Source: Octopus bimaculoides (taxonomy: Eukaryota). Taken from it: a stretch of DNA of 64,000 nt. The stretch is from positions 119,282,151-119,346,150 of the forward strand of contig NC_068985.1 in assembly GCF_001194135.2 (NCBI RefSeq). The letters are read 5' to 3'. A program made the position numbers and the translations under genes. The notes below the pieces were generated by a model, which saw only the letters and a list, made by a program, of their open reading frames with translations, was not told where the DNA came from and ran no database searches. This document shows positions 63,638 to 64,000 of this stretch, in pieces. Position 1 is the stretch's first letter. Each line of letters starts with the position of its first letter.

Positions 63638-63669
63638 TGATTCTGTGTAAGCAATGCCGAAGATGCCAT
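63638..63669 (-). CDS. BORCS6: BORCS6/lyspersin coding exon 1 (MASSALLTQN-Q)
   Basis: ATG at 63669-63667 in strong context (acgATGG), with an in-frame TGA 21 nt upstream. Donor CA|gtgagt is phase 2, matching the phase-2 start of the 55055 exon. Confidence 0.8.
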
Positions 63670-63930
63670 CGTGTGATTGGAGTGTTTTCAGAATGGTTGG
63701 GTTAACAGAAAGACAAGTCAGGCATCGAAGAAAGACTAATTCGGCCTATCAACAGGCCTCTTCTGCTTTGGGTAATCGACTGGGGGAGTTCTTATAGTTG
63801 TTCCAGTTATGGTTGTTCAAACAAGAGGAACGGGGTTAACATATATACATATAAACACACCCGTTCTAACGATTGATGATATCGTTGTCCAGTAAAGACA
63901 ACGCCAGTCATGTCTACTGCTGCTGAGTAA

Positions 63931-63938
63931 CGCATGCG
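63931..63938. promoter_or_regulatory. NRF1-like palindrome CGCATGCG upstream of the BORCS6 start
   Basis: Palindrome about 260 nt upstream of the BORCS6 ATG, in locally CpG-richer sequence. Confidence 0.5.
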
Positions 63939-64000
63939 TGTTCCAACTGATATCAACGTCCGGTTAAAGAACATTAACCCATGGTTATTTAATACGCACT

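Overview
AT-rich, repeat-dense animal genomic DNA with assembly gaps. The SINE, RTE and MITE repertoire looks like Octopus (inference from repeat families, not checked against a database). Two convergent spliced genes can be rebuilt by hand with GT-AG junctions and consistent phases. (1) On + (119-8990): the last four coding exons of an uncharacterised Cys-rich single-pass membrane protein (DUF19/T20D4.11-like ectodomain, TM helix, tail ending NRFY); its 5' end lies upstream of the window. (2) On - (63669-33565): a complete six-coding-exon BORCS6/lyspersin gene of 405 aa. The roughly 23 kb between them has no gene I can confidently assemble. It does hold a CpG-rich NRF1/ETS/E2F promoter-like island (about 25.7-27.6 kb) containing an apparently intact minimal type I hammerhead ribozyme (26870-26905), plus a Penelope endonuclease remnant and orphan exon-like segments. 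The rest is tRNA-derived SINEs (often in tandem), RTE LINE tails (some near-identical and inverted around a BORCS6 exon), Tc1/mariner/maT remnants, hAT-, piggyBac- and MULE/Merlin-like MITEs, and microsatellites. No rRNA, true tRNA or CRISPR array is supported.
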